Shown piece by piece: positions 13,167 through 27,493 of a stretch of DNA of 64,000 bases (within the stretch, counting starts at the first letter, position 1; each line of letters starts with the position of its first letter). Position numbers and translations under genes: made by a program. This DNA is from Marsupella aquatica (taxonomy: Eukaryota; Plantae; Marchantiophyta), in NCBI GenBank assembly GCA_973895155.1, contig OZ316899.1:13829934-13893933 (forward strand). The letters run 5' to 3'. The notes under the pieces are model-generated. The model saw only the letters and a program-made list of their open reading frames with translations, did not search any database and was not told the origin of the DNA.

Positions 13167-14322
13167 TCTACTTCTATAATATGCAATGCCGCCAAAATGT
13201 TATTTTGTTTGCTTACAAAATTGAAAATAGAGGGTATCAACCTGAGCCATCAGATTCCTTTTAAAAATTTTGTGTACTCTTATATTGATTGACCAGGACT
13301 GTCAAGTGATATACTTCTCATTATTAATAGTAGAATACAGAATACATGACATGATTCTTATGTGACATCATCCAAAATGTGATGATTCTACTTTATGTGA
13401 CACCATTTTAAATGTTGCTTTTTCTTTTATTAAAGTACACACAAAGGAAGGAGAAACTTTTGGATTTTTTATAGAGTATATAATTATGAAACTTTAAAAA
13501 GAAGCGAAATGATGAATTTGCTTTTAATTCCCTTTTTTTCTTCTCTTTATTTAATTTTGCATTTTTTTGGTTTATTCAATGGTGCCAAAGGTAAGAAGAG
13601 GGGGGGAATGGAGTGGCAAGGGAGTGAATAAATAGGAAAAGGGGCAGAGAAAAATTAAAATGCTCCCCTCCCAATACCATTGTGCGACCACACCTTGACC
13701 CCGCAAAGCCCCAAGGGGCCATCACCTCTGTTGCACTCCCTCTCACCCTCCCACATCCTTGCTCTCCTCAACAACATAGCTATCACAACAGTGACAACAT
13801 GGTCGCAATAGCATTTGAGATGTTTAAACAACTTTCTTGTCTTACTTGCATTTCTTTGCATTGTCTACATTTCTTTGGCGGATGACATTTCTTTGTCTCG
13901 CCTCAACATTTTTGCCTCACAACAACATCTTTCCCTCACTTCAACATCAGTCTAAACTTGCCTCACCTCAACAATTTTGCCTTGCCTTGACATGGCTGCA
14001 ATGACACATCACATGCCTCAATGTATACCTTGCAAAGCCTATATTTTCTTGCTTCAGCTTGACTTCTTTGCCTTGCCTCAACATCTTTTTGCATCTTGAC
14101 ATCTTTTCTTGCCTCAACATCTTTGTTTGCCTCAATATTTTTGCTTGCCTCAACATCTTTTTTTTACTCAATGTCTTTGCCCTCCTTTGACATCTCTTTT
14201 TCTCTCCTAAACCCATATTTTTCTCACCTCGACATCGTTTTCTCATCTCAACATCTTTTTCTCACCTTGATATCTTTTTCTCACCTCAACATCTTTTGTG
14301 CAACGCACAGGCATTGGGCTAG
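13167..14322 (+). mobile_element. Non-autonomous Helitron
   Basis: 5' end A|TCTACTTCTATAATA at 13167. 3' end GTGCAACGCAC hairpin + AGGCATTGGG + CTAG|T at 14319-14322. Internal ~20-bp CTCAACATCTTTT minisatellite. Confidence 0.72.
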
Positions 14323-17300
14323 TCCTAAACTATAATACAAGGTTGCGCCTTTTTTTGAAGTGGTCGTCATTCAAATTTGCAGTGTCCAAAAAACATTAAT
14401 CATGTCAAAAAGAAGGAATAAAGGCTATATTAAATTTAGTGTGCACCAAAAAAGTAATAAGTTTAGGGGAATCAAACAAGAGGGGAATCAAACGGGACAC
14501 ACAAAGGAGTGAGCCAATGGGACACACAAAACAAGGGAGCGGATGCACATGCATGAGTATTAAGCAGGTTCCTGATCCATACACAAGAAATACAAAAATA
14601 CATAATGTATGTGATACTATATATTATTGCAAGTATTACAATATTGCATAAAATAATAATGGTAGTAATTTAATTAAAATAGGGTTAATTAAACACAATA
14701 GGTTAGATGATAGGGAGAATGTCAAAAGCTATAATAAAATGTTGTTTTTTTATAGCATGGTAGTCATTCAAATTTGCAATATCCCAAACATGAAAAACAT
14801 GAAAGAATCTAATTAACCAACGAGAAGGAATAAAACCAAAAAAATCAATATTTTGAATGAAAATGGAGAGCAATGTTTCCAAACAAAAAATGAATCCAAT
14901 AGTACAAAGAAAATAGGGAGGGTCTCTAGCAATGCAGGAGTATGAATGAGACCTCTCTTTACCATGTACCACTATAATCCTGATCCTGTCCCTTTACAAA
15001 CAAACAAAAAGTGAATCAATCTTGAATGTTCATCAAAACATAATTGTTTCCACACTGTCAAATCTATCCATACACCCCTTTTAAAAATGCCCAAGCTGCC
15101 CTTTAACCTTCCCATACCTGCCACAATGAAAAAAATAATCAATTTTTAAATAAATCTATTCATATATAAATAATTCTATGTTTTTGAAATAATTTTGAAT
15201 ATAAATAAAATATATATAACATATTTTCTCATCTTGACATCTTTTCTTCATATGAAGATCTTCTCACCGCAAGATCTTTGCTCATCTTGACATATTTTCC
15301 TCACCTCAAGATCTTTTCTCACCTCGACATATGTCTTTTTTCTCCTTTACATGTTTTCTCATCTCGCCATCTTTTCTCTCCTTGACATATTTTTCTCACC
15401 TCAGAATGTTTTTCTCTAATTGACGTATTTTTCTCATCTTGCCATCTTTTCTCTCCTTGACATATTTTTCTCAGCTCGAAATGTTTTCTCTCATCGACAT
15501 TTTTTTTCACCTTGAGATATTTTCTCACCTTAACATGCATCATTTGTGCAATGCATAGGTATCAGGCCCAAGATGTACTTAACAACATCTTTTACTTCAC
15601 AACATCTTTGACTAATGACATACTTTATCTATTGACCATTTTGTACTTAACAACATCTTAATACTTAACGACATCTTTGGCATAACAACATCATTGGCGA
15701 CATGACATCTATTTACTTGACAATTGTTTTTTACTTGATGACCTTTTGGGCAACATGCCATCTTTGGTAAAATGACTTCTTTTTCTTAACAACATCGTTT
15801 TACTTCATGACATCTTTCACATAAGAATATCATTCTTGGGAAACACAACATATTTTTCTCTTAACAGCATTTTGGGTGTCACAACACTTTTCTCTTAGCT
15901 ACATCTTGGGGGACACAACATCTTGGGGGACACGATATGATCTTTTTTCTTAACGATATCTTGGGCGCCACGACATGTTTATTTTAACGACATTTGGGCA
16001 ACATATTTTTTCTTAACGACATCTTTTGTGCAACGCACGGGTATTTTCCCTCAATGATGTTGTTGCCGACATGACATCATTTTTCTCAACATCATCTTGG
16101 CCTACAAGAAATCTTTTCTCTCAACGCCCTATTGGCCAACTCGACATCTTTTTTTCTCAATGACATCTTGGCTGCACAACTTCTTTTGTGCAACGCACGG
16201 GTTTTGAGCTAGATTCTAGTAATAATTATAATCATACCACGCCCACCGACAAGGGAGGGAGCAACAAGCCCGCCTCCCCACCACGGCGCCACACACTTGA
16301 GGAGGGAGGGAGCGGCTTTTAATAAAATTATATTTTATTATTAGGGTGGGAGAGGTCACCCCACCCGGCGGCCCTGTGCGGCTGTGCTGACGACCGTGAG
16401 CTGCCCCATGCGACCCCTATGAAGGAGGTAGTGACAACCAAGGAAGAGAGCAAGGAGACTGAGAGTCAGCACCAATGGAGACGCGATCCGCGACAAAGGA
16501 GCCATGATGGAGAGACGATCAACGACAAAGGAGCAACAAGGGAGAGGGAAGCAAAGACATCCCCCCGTACACAGACCCAAAACCCTACAAACCGACTTCC
16601 TGAGACGATCCACACTCCCTGGAGTTATTGGGGTGCAAATAGGCCCCGGGGTCCCATCCCTAAAACCCCTCTTTGGCCGGGTTCCGACTCCCTGACTTGG
16701 TTGTACTTCCCACCCGATTTAAGAACTCAAACACGCATGGGTTGTGGTTCAAGTAGTATATATGAGGGGACCACCCACTCTCAAACATCGAAGGTGACAT
16801 GGTGTTGGAGAGTAATAAAGAAGGAAGTCCATTCGCCCCCATCCTCAAAACGTCAACTCATCAGGAGCCCGGATAGTGCAGCAGCCTCAGTTGCGAACTC
16901 TCATGGCATCATACCGTGGCACCATTCACCCTACTGGTATCCGTTCTTTGGCTCCCAACTGAACCCATGCCCTGCTCAACACCACACACCCCCTGGTTTT
17001 CAGGCGGGTTTCTCTAGAGTCTTTGAGCAGACACCCTCAACTCTGTCCACTAACTGAAAAACAGCAACCGTACACCTTAAACCTAAGCGGACTTTGTCCC
17101 TAAATTTAATTTTGACCCGGGCTATGTGGCTCTCGTGTAGAGCCTTTGTTCTGTGCGGCCCGGTAGTTACGGACTGATCCAAATAATTGCAAAATGCAGT
17201 TATTTTTGTTTGGTGGTTTCAGTCCGAAGAGCACGGTGCACCAAAATGCCACCAGTGCACTCGTGGTGAGAAGCAGCTTATCCACTCGGCCAGGCAATGC

Positions 17301-17430
17301 AACCAAGCAGAGCAACTTTGCCATGCCGGCGTTTATAATCACCCACGCCATCCACCGACAAAACAATGATTAAAGTGTTTGTAGCATCAACTATGCCAAT
17401 AAGGTCAGTTACCAGTCCAGCATTGGCGTC
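13471..17430. repeat. Duplicated block B, copy 1
   Basis: Colinear near-identical copy at ~23372-27112, which lacks ~14228-14458. Identical ORF translations, e.g. MQRNASKTRKLF... in both. Confidence 0.92.
14323..16219 (+). mobile_element. Second Helitron-like unit abutting the first in tandem
   Basis: Starts TCCTAAACTATAATA directly after the previous CTAG. Ends GTGCAACGCACGGG-TTTTGAG-CTAG (16209-16212) / CTAG|T (16216-16219). Further hairpin copies without CTAG at ~15547 and ~16028. Confidence 0.62.
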
Positions 17431-17766
17431 AGCAGGAGACGCACAACACCACACACCGACCCGGGTACTCAGGTACCTGCAGAACCACAAGACAATGAAC
17501 ACCCTAAAACCACCTTCATGTACACACCCGGTGAGTGGTGCAAAAGGGCTGTTTTCATGGCAGATAACCCACCAATCCTTGCCCGTTGTTCATGAATGCG
17601 CAGTCCATGTAAGACGGTGCCAATAAGCTCAGTTATGGGTCAACTGCGTTAGTGAAATGCTGCAAGATGCATTTGAAGGGCAAAAAGAGGGGAGGCAATT
17701 GGTATTCAACAACAACTTGGAGATGAGTTTAGAGATTGCAAACCCCGCGTGCGTTATGTGGCCCTA

Positions 17767-20452
17767 TATATACATTTTCGTGCAGCCCAGCGATCGCAAT
17801 GCCCGGTCTTTGCGGTCTTTTTCATGCTCTTTTTGCCACGAGTGCCCAAAAAAGACCGTCCCGCCATGAAAATACAAAGGAACCAACATTACAAAGCAAG
17901 TCGATCCCCACGCCATTCTTCAAAAGTCACTGCTTCAGGAGCCCGGATAGCACTGCGGCCTTCTTCCCATACTCCCCTTGCATCAACTCTGCCCACCCTC
18001 CCTCCCCGTCATTTAGGGTTTATTTTAGGGTTCCCTTACCCCTGCGTTGTTCCTCGTGGCTCCCTCCCACGGCCCCCAATACACCAAGGGATCAACTAGA
18101 ATCCTGTCATCCTCCAAATGCCAACTCACGTTTACGGTTTGGGGTTTACCGTTTCCGGTTCAGGGTTTACCGTTTATGGTTTAGGGTTTACCCTAGTTTT
18201 GTGTTCTTCTTGCCCCGAACGCCCGAAAAAGACAGTCGTGCCATGAAAATACAAAGTAAATCAATCCCCGCACCATTCTTCAAACGTCACTGCTTCGGGA
18301 GCCCAGATAGCACTACGGCCTTCTTCCCATACTCCCCTCGCATCAACTCTGCCCACCCTCCCTCCCCGTCGTTTAGGGTTTATTTTAGGGTTCCCTTACC
18401 CAGCATTGTTCCTCGTGGCTCCCTCCCACGGCCCCCAATACACCAAGGGATCAACTACAATCCTGTCATCCTCCAAATGCCAACTCACGTTTACGGTTCA
18501 GGGTTTACCTTTTTACGGTTTAGGGTTTACCCTAGTTTTGTGTTCTTCTTGCCCCAAATGCCCAAAAAAGACAGTCATGCCATGAAAATACAAAGTAAAT
18601 CAATCCCCGCACCATTCTTCAAACGTCATTGCTTCGGGAGCCCGGATAGCACTGCGGCCGTCTTCCCATACTCCCCTCGCATCCCTCCCTCCCCATCGAT
18701 TATAGTTTATTGTAGGGTTCCCTTACCCTGCGTTGTTCCTTGTGGCTCACTCCCACGGCCCCCAATACACCAAGGTATCAACTTCAATCCTGTCATCCTC
18801 CAAATGCCAACTCATATTTACGATTCGGGGTTTTCCGTTTACAATTCAGGGTTTACCGTTTACGGTTCATGGTTTACCCTAGTTTCGTGTTCCCCTTGCC
18901 ACAAACGCTCAAAAAAGACAGTTGTGCCATGAAAATACAAAGTAAATCAATCCCCACACCATTCTTCAAATGTCATTGCTTCGGGAGCCCGGATAGCACT
19001 GTGGCCGTCTTCCCGTACTCCCCTCGCACCAACTCTGCCTACCCTGCCATCTATCGCGTAGAGCCTCTCCATACGCTGCGACCACTGTGGACTGCCTCTC
19101 CTGGAACTTCACTCACGGGATTCACCTCTTTCTGGCCAATTCCTTAACACTCAATCATTTCCCCGCCATCTAATTTTGCGACACCCAATTCCTGGCTTTA
19201 CACCAACCAGGACGCGTGACCCTACACCCTCAACCCACATTCACTCCATGGGCACAGCACTCGCCTTAGAGAACACGAACGCCCTCCACAAAACTATACT
19301 AGCACCACTACTTTACTAGTCCCACCTTTGCCTTCTTCCACCTCCCCGTTGCACGACTATAGCATAGAGCCTCTCCTTGTGCGGCTGGCCAGCGCACACC
19401 CGCCCAAAGTTTAGGGTTTATTAGGGTTGCCCGGCTGGAATTGCCTCAAACTCCATTCATGGCAGAAAACCAGGGCACCCCTCAGCCTTCCCTCCCGGCG
19501 GTTAGGGTTTTGTGTTTACGTGTTTAGGGGTTTTCCTTAAGCCCTTGCCTTCTTCCACTCCTCGCTGCACGACTATTGCGTAGAGCCTCTCCCTGTGCGG
19601 CTGGCCAGCACACACCCGCCCGGATTTTAGGGTTTATTAGGGTTGCCCGAACCTGGAATTACCTCAAACTCCATTCATGGCAGAAAACCAGGGCACCCCT
19701 CAGCCTTCCCGGCGGTTAGGGTTTTGTGTTTACGTGTTTAGGGGTTTTCCCTAAATCCTTACCTTCTTCGTCATGACTCCCTGCCCCGGCCTCGCACACA
19801 CAAAGGGATAACTCCAATCCTGCCATTCTTGAAATGTCAACTCATGATCAGAACCCCGCATAGTGCAGCAATCTCATCACGAGCCCTGATGGTATCAAAC
19901 CAGGGCACCACTCAGCCTTCCCTCCTGGCAGTTAGGGTTTTGTGTTTATGGGTTAAGGGGTGGGTTAAGGGGTTTTCCCTAAACCCTTCCCTTCTTCGTT
20001 GTGGCTCCCTGCCACGCCATATAAAACACAAAGGGATGAACTCTGATCCTGCCATTCTCGAAATGTGAACTCATGATCACGACACCCCACATAGTGCGGC
20101 GATCCCACCGCGAGCCCTGATGGCATCAAACCCGCGCACCATTCACCCTGCTAGTATCCGTCCTCTGCCTCCCAAATCAACCCTAGTTCACCATGGCTCC
20201 ATCTCTCCCAGGGCCCTGCAAATGTTGTTGCCGGCAATCAATCAAACAAGAACTATCAAGAAGTATAATACCATTTTGCAGTTGTCATCTTTGGATGGAA
20301 CTAACAGAAGGGATAAACCAGAAAACACACTTACATTTAGTGTGACCAAACAGTGACATTGTTTTCCAAGCAAGAAAAGGGAGCTGCCAAATGATGCACA
20401 ACATACTATCACTAGCCCCTACTACAGTGCCCGTTCTTTGAACATGAATAGC
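17767..20452. repeat. Duplicated block A, copy 2 (four tandem units)
   Basis: Unit marker at ~17863, 18240, 18579 and 18926. Same tail as 8820-10030. Confidence 0.9.
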
Positions 20453-21605
20453 GTAGGCCCGTGACCCCAGTACAAATAAAAATGATATTACTCCGAATAA
20501 AGATAAAACTGAAATGGGGGGGGGGGAACAAGTACGTGACCAAAATTGGCGGAAATAGCCTAGAAACATTATTGTGCAACATTTATTTCTTTAAATCTGT
20601 TTACGTTCAAGCTTGAACGGGTAATTGGTCTACTTTTAATAATCATATATAACATTGATACCATACTCTTTTCTATGCACATCCCTCTTTCTAGGTGCAC
20701 ATATGTTATGGTGGCCATAAAGCCCATTTTTTAATGTAAATATAAATCATGACAAAAAGCATACATGCTTATCATTTGACATACATCATGGTCTTGAGTT
20801 TTCCGGTCCACATGATGACTATGGAGTTGCTGTCTAGAGGCTTCACTCTTGGCCCCAACTGTAGCTTGTAGTTGGCGCTTTATAAGAAAGATGCATTCCA
20901 TAATCAAAATACCTATATTCCCTCGAATGATAAAAAATAAGTTCCAAATTTACGGTTGGTGTTTTTAACACAGTCATACCCATACATACCATCAGAAATA
21001 AATGTCTGCCCAAGCTGCCCTGTATCCTGATCGCACCGGTCCAAGATCAAAATAATTATATTCATTTTACAACTAAATTGGGAAATTGGGAATAAGGTTT
21101 GTCATTTAACTAATATAACTAAAATAGAATTTTTGGACTCTAAGATGTGGTGGCCGCTACAGTACCTCCCGTCTCAAATTTCTGTGGAGAAAAAAATATA
21201 TTGTGTTTTGAAGCGGCGGATTATTATTACTAGCCCCAACTACCCGTTCTTTGAACGTGAATAGCGGGGAGGACAATAAAAATGTCACCAAAACATATTC
21301 CTTATTCACATGTTAAGGAGGTTAATGAAATGATAAAAAAATTATCATGCATATCATCATTTTAATAATCATACATAACATACCATAGTACTGTATTCTA
21401 TGCACATCCCGCTTTCAGTTTTTCTATCCCACATCCTACTTATGCACATATAATATGGTGGGGCCATTGAGATCAATTTTTAATATAAATAGAAATCTTT
21501 TTATAAAAGCACCAACTGAGGTCTACTTTTAAGAGCCTAGGTCTAGAGTGAAGCCTCTAGACCGTAACTCTATGGCCATCATGTGCATGGGAGAAACTTA
21601 TGACT

Positions 21606-23365
21606 ATATACATTTTCGTGTAGCCCAGCAATCGCAATGCCCGGTCTTTGCGGTCTTTTTCATGGTCTTTTTCCCACGAATGCCCGAAAAAGACCGTCTT
21701 GCCATGAAAATACAAAGGAACCAACATTACAAAGCAAGTCAATCCCTGCGCCATTCTTCAAAAGTCATTGCTTCGAGTGCCCGGATAGCACTCCGGCCTT
21801 CTTCCAATACTCCCCTCGCATCAACTCTGCCCACCCTCCCTCCCCGTCATTTAGGGTATATTTTAGGGTTCCCTTACCCTTGCGTTGTTCCTCGTGGCTC
21901 CCTCCCACGGCCCCCTATACACCAAGGGATCAACTACAATCCTGTCATCCTCCAAATGCCAACTCACATTTACAATTTGGGGTTTACCGTTTATGGTTCA
22001 GGGTTTACCGTTTACGGTTTAGGGTGTACCCTAGTTTTGTGTTCTTCTCGCCCCGAACGCCCGAAAAAGACAGTCGTGCCATGAAATACAAAGTAAATCA
22101 ATCCCCGCACCATTCTTCAAACGTCACTGCTTCGGGAGCCCGGATAGCACTAAGGCCTTCTTCCCGTACTCCCCTCGGATCCCTCCCTCCCCGTTGTTTA
22201 GGGTTTATTATAGGGTTCCCTTACCCTTGTGTTGTTCCTTGTGGCTCCCTCCCACGACCCCCTATACACCAAGGGATCAACTACAATCCTGTCATCCTCC
22301 AAATGCCAACTCACATTTACGGTTCGGGGTTTACCGTTTATGGTTCAGGGTTTACCGTTTACGGTTTAGGGTTTACCCTACTTTTGTGTTCTTCTGGCCA
22401 CGAACGCCTAAAAAAGACAGTTGTGCCATGAAAATACAAAGTAAATCAATCCCCGCACCATACTGCTTTGGGTTCCCGGATAGCACTGCGGCCGTCTTCC
22501 CGTACTCCCCTCGCACCAACTCTGCCCATCCTGCCATCTATCACGTAGAGCCTCTCCCTACGCTGCGGCCACTGCGGACTGCCTCACCCCTGCCTCTCCT
22601 GGAACTTCACTCACGGGATTCACCTCTTTCTGGCCAATTCCTTAACACTCACTCATTTCCCCGCCATCAAATTTTTGCAACACCCGATTCCTGGCTTTAC
22701 AGCAACCAGGATGCGTGACCTTAGACCCTCAACCCATGTTCTCTCCATGGGCACAACACTCGCCTTAGAGAACACGAACGCCCTCCACAAAACTATACTA
22801 GCACCACTACTGTACTAGTCCCACCTTGCCTTCTTCCACCTCCCTGCTGCACGACTATCGCGTAGAGCCTCTCCCTGTGCGGCTGGCCAGCTCACACCCG
22901 CCCAAAGTTTAGGGTTTATTAGGGTTGCCCAAACCTGGAATTACCTCAAACTCCATTCATGGTAGAAAACCAGGGCACCCCTCGGCCTTCCCTCCTGGTG
23001 GTTAGGGTTTTGTGTTTACGTGTTTAGGGTTTTCCCTAAACCCTTACCTTCTTCGTCGTGGCTCCCTGCCCTGGCCTTGCACACACAAAGGGATAACTCC
23101 AATCCTGCCATTCTCGAAATGTCAAGTCATGATCACAACCCCGCATAGTGGAGCAATCTCATCACGAGACCCAATGGTATCAAACCAGGGCACCACTCAG
23201 CCTTCCCTCCTGGCAGTTAGGGTTTTGTGTTTACGGGTTTAGGGAAAACCCTTCCCTTCTTTGTCGTGGCTCCCTGCCCCGGCCATGCAAACACAAAGGG
23301 ATGAACTCTGATCCTGCCATTCTCGAAATGTCAAGTCATGATCACGACACCCCACATAGTGCGGT
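21606..23365. repeat. Duplicated block A, copy 3 (truncated tail)
   Basis: Same units and tail as 7828-9668. Confidence 0.9.
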
Positions 23366-23371
23366 GTCGTG

Positions 23372-26300
23372 ATAGAGTATAATTATGAAACTTTAAAAAG
23401 AAGCAAAATGATGAATTTGCTTTTAATCCCTTTTTTTCTTCTCTTTATTTAATTTTGCATTTTTTTGGATTATTCAATGGTGCCAAAGGTAAGAAGAGGG
23501 GGAGGAATGGAGTGGCGAGGGAGTGAAGAAATAGGAAGAGGGAAAGAGAAAAATTTTAATGCTCCCCTCCCAATACCATTGTGCGACCACACCTTGACCC
23601 CGCAAAGCCCCAAGGGGCCATCACCTCTGTTGCACTCCCTCTCACCCTCCCACATCCTTGCTCTCCTCAACAACATAGCTATCACAACAGTGACAACATG
23701 GTCGCAATAGCATTTGAGATGTTTAAACAACTTTCTTGTCTTACTTGCATTTCTTTGCATTGTCTACATTTCTTTGGCGGATGACATTTCTTTGTCTCGC
23801 CTCAACATTTTTGCCTCACAACAAAATCTTTCCCTCACTTCAACATCAGTCTAAACTTGCCTCACCTCAACAATTTTGCCTTGCCTTGACATGGCTGCAA
23901 TGACACATCACATGCCTCAATGTATACCTTGCAAAGCCTATATTTTCCGTGTTCAGCTTGACTTTTTTGCCTTGCCTCAACATCTTTTTGCATCTTGACA
24001 TCTTGACTTGCCTCAACATCTTTGTTTGCCTCAATATTTTTGCTTGCCTCAACATGGTTTTTCTTACTCAATGTCTTTGCCCTCCTTTGACATCTCTTTT
24101 TCTCTCCTAAACCCATATTTTTCTCACTAGTTTAGGGGAATCAAACAAGAGGGAAATCAAACGGGACACACAAAGGAGTGAGCCAAATGATGGGACACAC
24201 AAAACAAGGGAGTGGATGCACATGCATGAGTATTAAGCAGGTTCCTGATCCATACACAAGAAATACAAAAATACATCATGTATGTGATACTATATATTAT
24301 TGCAAGTATTACAATATTGCATAAAATAATAATGGTAGTAATTTAATTAAAATAGGTTAATTAAACACAATAGGTTAGATGACAGGGAGAATGTCAAAAG
24401 CTATAATAAAATGTTGCTTTTTTTATAGCATGGTAGTCATTCAAATTTGCAATATCCCAAACATGAAAAACATGAAAGAATCTAATTAACCAACGAGAAG
24501 GAATAAAACCAAAAAAATCAATATTGTGAATGAAAATGGAGAGCAATGTTTCCAAGCTAAAAATGAATCCAATAGTACAAAGAAAATAGGGAGGGTCTCT
24601 AGCAATGCAGGAGTATGAAGGAGACCTCCCTTTACCATGTATCACTATAATCCTGATCCTGTCCCTTTACAAAAAAAAGTGAGAATCAATCTTGAATGTT
24701 CATCAAAACATATTTTTCCCACAATGTCAGATCTATCCATATACCCCTTTTAAAAATGCCCAAGCTACCCTTTAACCTTCCCATACCTGCCACAATGAAA
24801 AAATTAATCAAATTTTAAATAAATCTATTCATATATAAATAAATCTATTTTTTTGAATTAATTGTGAATATAAATAAAATATATAGGACATATTTTCTCA
24901 TCTGGACATCTTTTCTTCATATGAAGATCTTCTCACCTCAAGATCTTTTCTCTCCTTGACATGTTTTCTCATGTCGCCATCTTTTCTCACCTCGACATAT
25001 GTGTTTTCTCTCCTTGACATGTTTTCTCATGTCGCCATCTTTTCTCTCCTTCACATATTTTTCTCACCTCATAATGTTTTTCTCTAATCGACATCTTTTT
25101 GTCATCTTGCCATCTTTTCTCTCCTTGACATATTTTTCTCAGCTCGAAATGTTTTCTCTCATCGACATATTTTCTCACCTCAACATGCATCATTTGTGCA
25201 ATGCACAGGTATCAGGCCCAAGATGTACTTAACAACATCTTTTACTTCACAACATCTTTGACTAATGACATACTTTATCTATTGACCATTTTGTACTTAA
25301 CATCTTAATACTTAACGACATCTTTGGCATAACGACATCATTGGCGGCATGACATCTATTTACTTGACAACAATGTTTTACTTGATGACCTTTTTGGCAA
25401 CATGCCATCTTTGGTAAAATGACTTCCTTTTCTTAACAACATCTTTTTACTTCATGAAATCTTTCACTTAAGAATATTATTCTTGGGAAACACAACATAT
25501 TTTTCTCTTAACAGCATTTTGGGTGCCACAACACTTTTCTCTTAGCTACATCTTGGGGGACACAACATCTTGGGGGACACGACATGATCTGTTTTCTTAA
25601 CGATATCTTGGGCGCCACGACATGTTTATTTTAACAACATTTTGGGCAACATCTTTTTTCTTAAGGACATCTTTTGTGCAACACAGGTATTTTCCCTCAA
25701 CGATGTCTTGGCTTTTCCCTCAATGATGTCGTTGCCTACATGACATCCTTTTTCTCAACAACATCTTGGCCTACAATAAATATTTTCTCTCAACAACCTA
25801 TTGGCCAACTTGACATCTTATTTTCTCAACGACATCTCGGCCGACACGACTTCTTTTGTGCAACGCACGGGTATTGAGCTGGATTCTAGTTCTAGTAATA
25901 ATAATGGATACCACGCCCACCAACAAGGGAGGGAGCAACAAGCCCGCCTCCCCACCATGGCGCCACTCATCTATGAGGAGGGAGGGAGAGGCTTTTAATA
26001 ATATAATATTATTATTAGGGTGGGAGAGGTCACCCCGCCGAGCGGCCCTGTGCGGCTGTGCTGACGACCGTGAGCTACCCCACGCGACCCCTATGAAGGA
26101 GGTAGCGGCAACCAAGGGAGAGATCAAGGAGACTAAGAGTCAGCACCGATGGAGACGCGATCCGCAACAAAGGAGCCATGATGGAGAGACAATCAACGAC
26201 AAAGGAGCAACAAGGGAGAGGGAAGCAAGGACATCCCCCCGTACACAGACCCAAAACCCTACAAACCGACTTCCTAAGATGGTCCATACTCCCCGGGGTC

Positions 26301-27112
26301 CCATCCCTAAAACCCCTCTTTGGCCGGGTTCCGACTCCCAGACTCGGTTGTACTTCCCACCCAATTTAAGAACTCAAACACGCATGGGTTGTGGTTCAAG
26401 TAGTACATATGAGGTGACCACCCCCTCTCAAACATCCAAGGTGACATGGTGTTGGAGAGTAATAATAAAGAAGGAAGTCCATTCGCCCCCAACCTCAAAA
26501 CATCAACTGATCAGGAGCCCGGATAGTGCAGCAGCCTCAGTTGCGAACTCTCATGGCATCATACCATGGCACCATTCACCCTGCTGGTATCTGTTCTTTG
26601 GCTCCGGCCCAACTGAACCCATGCCCTGCTCAACACCACACACCCCCCGGTTTGCAGGCTCTCTAGAGTCTTTGTGCAGACACCCTCAACTCTGAAGGGG
26701 CACAAATGCCCCATAACTGTCCACTAACTGAAAAACAACAACCGTACACCTTAAACCTAAGCAGACTTTGTCCCTAAATTCAATTTTTGACCCAGGATAT
26801 GTGGCTCTCGTGTAGAGCGTCTGTTTTGTGCGGCCCAGGTGCGGCCCAGTACTTACGGACTGATCCAAATCGCAAAATGCAGTTTTTTGTTTGTTTGGTG
26901 GTTTCAGTCCAAAGAGCACGGTGCACCAAAATGCCACCGATGCACTCTTGGTGAGAAGCAGCTTATCCACTCGGCCAAACAATGCAACCAAGCAGAGCAA
27001 CTTTGCCATGCGGGCGTTTATAATCACCCACGCCAATCCCCCGACAAAAGAATGATTAAAGCGTTTGTAGCATCGACTATGCCAATAAGGTCAGTTACCG
27101 GTCCAGCATCGG
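23372..27112. repeat. Duplicated block B, copy 2, including a Helitron 3' end at ~25858-25895
   Basis: Matches 13471-17430 and contains GTGCAACGCACGGG...CTAGT. Confidence 0.92.
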
Positions 27113-27493
27113 CGAGAGATGATCACCATTCGGCTAGCTGTGATGGAGAAAGGGGACGTTGCAGCCGCCATGGGAGAAAAGGAGAGCACGACAAGCATGG
27201 AGATGTTGGAGTAGGAACAAAAGTTCCATCGGGATGAAGTTCAGTGCAAAGGACTCCGCCGGCAGCTGGAGGAGAAGAGTGCTTACACTTAATTGTTGCG
27301 CTCGCGGAGAGTGCAGAGAGGAGAGATAAAGAAAGGGAGAAGTGATTGAGGGAAGTACATAGCTGGGAAAGAAGTGGTCCAGCAATATGATTAAATTAAT
27401 ATGTGTCACGCGATTGACATGGGTCTTAACACCAAAAACGTCACTATGGGTGCCAAAACCATCTCCTTGTACCTGAGGATCACGAAGGGATGT

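Noticed and set aside
16419-17057. 212-aa and 279-aa (25856-26695) ORFs as genes
   Set aside because: They lie in duplicated block B, are partly made of block A-like sequence, have different starts and ends, and show no domain.
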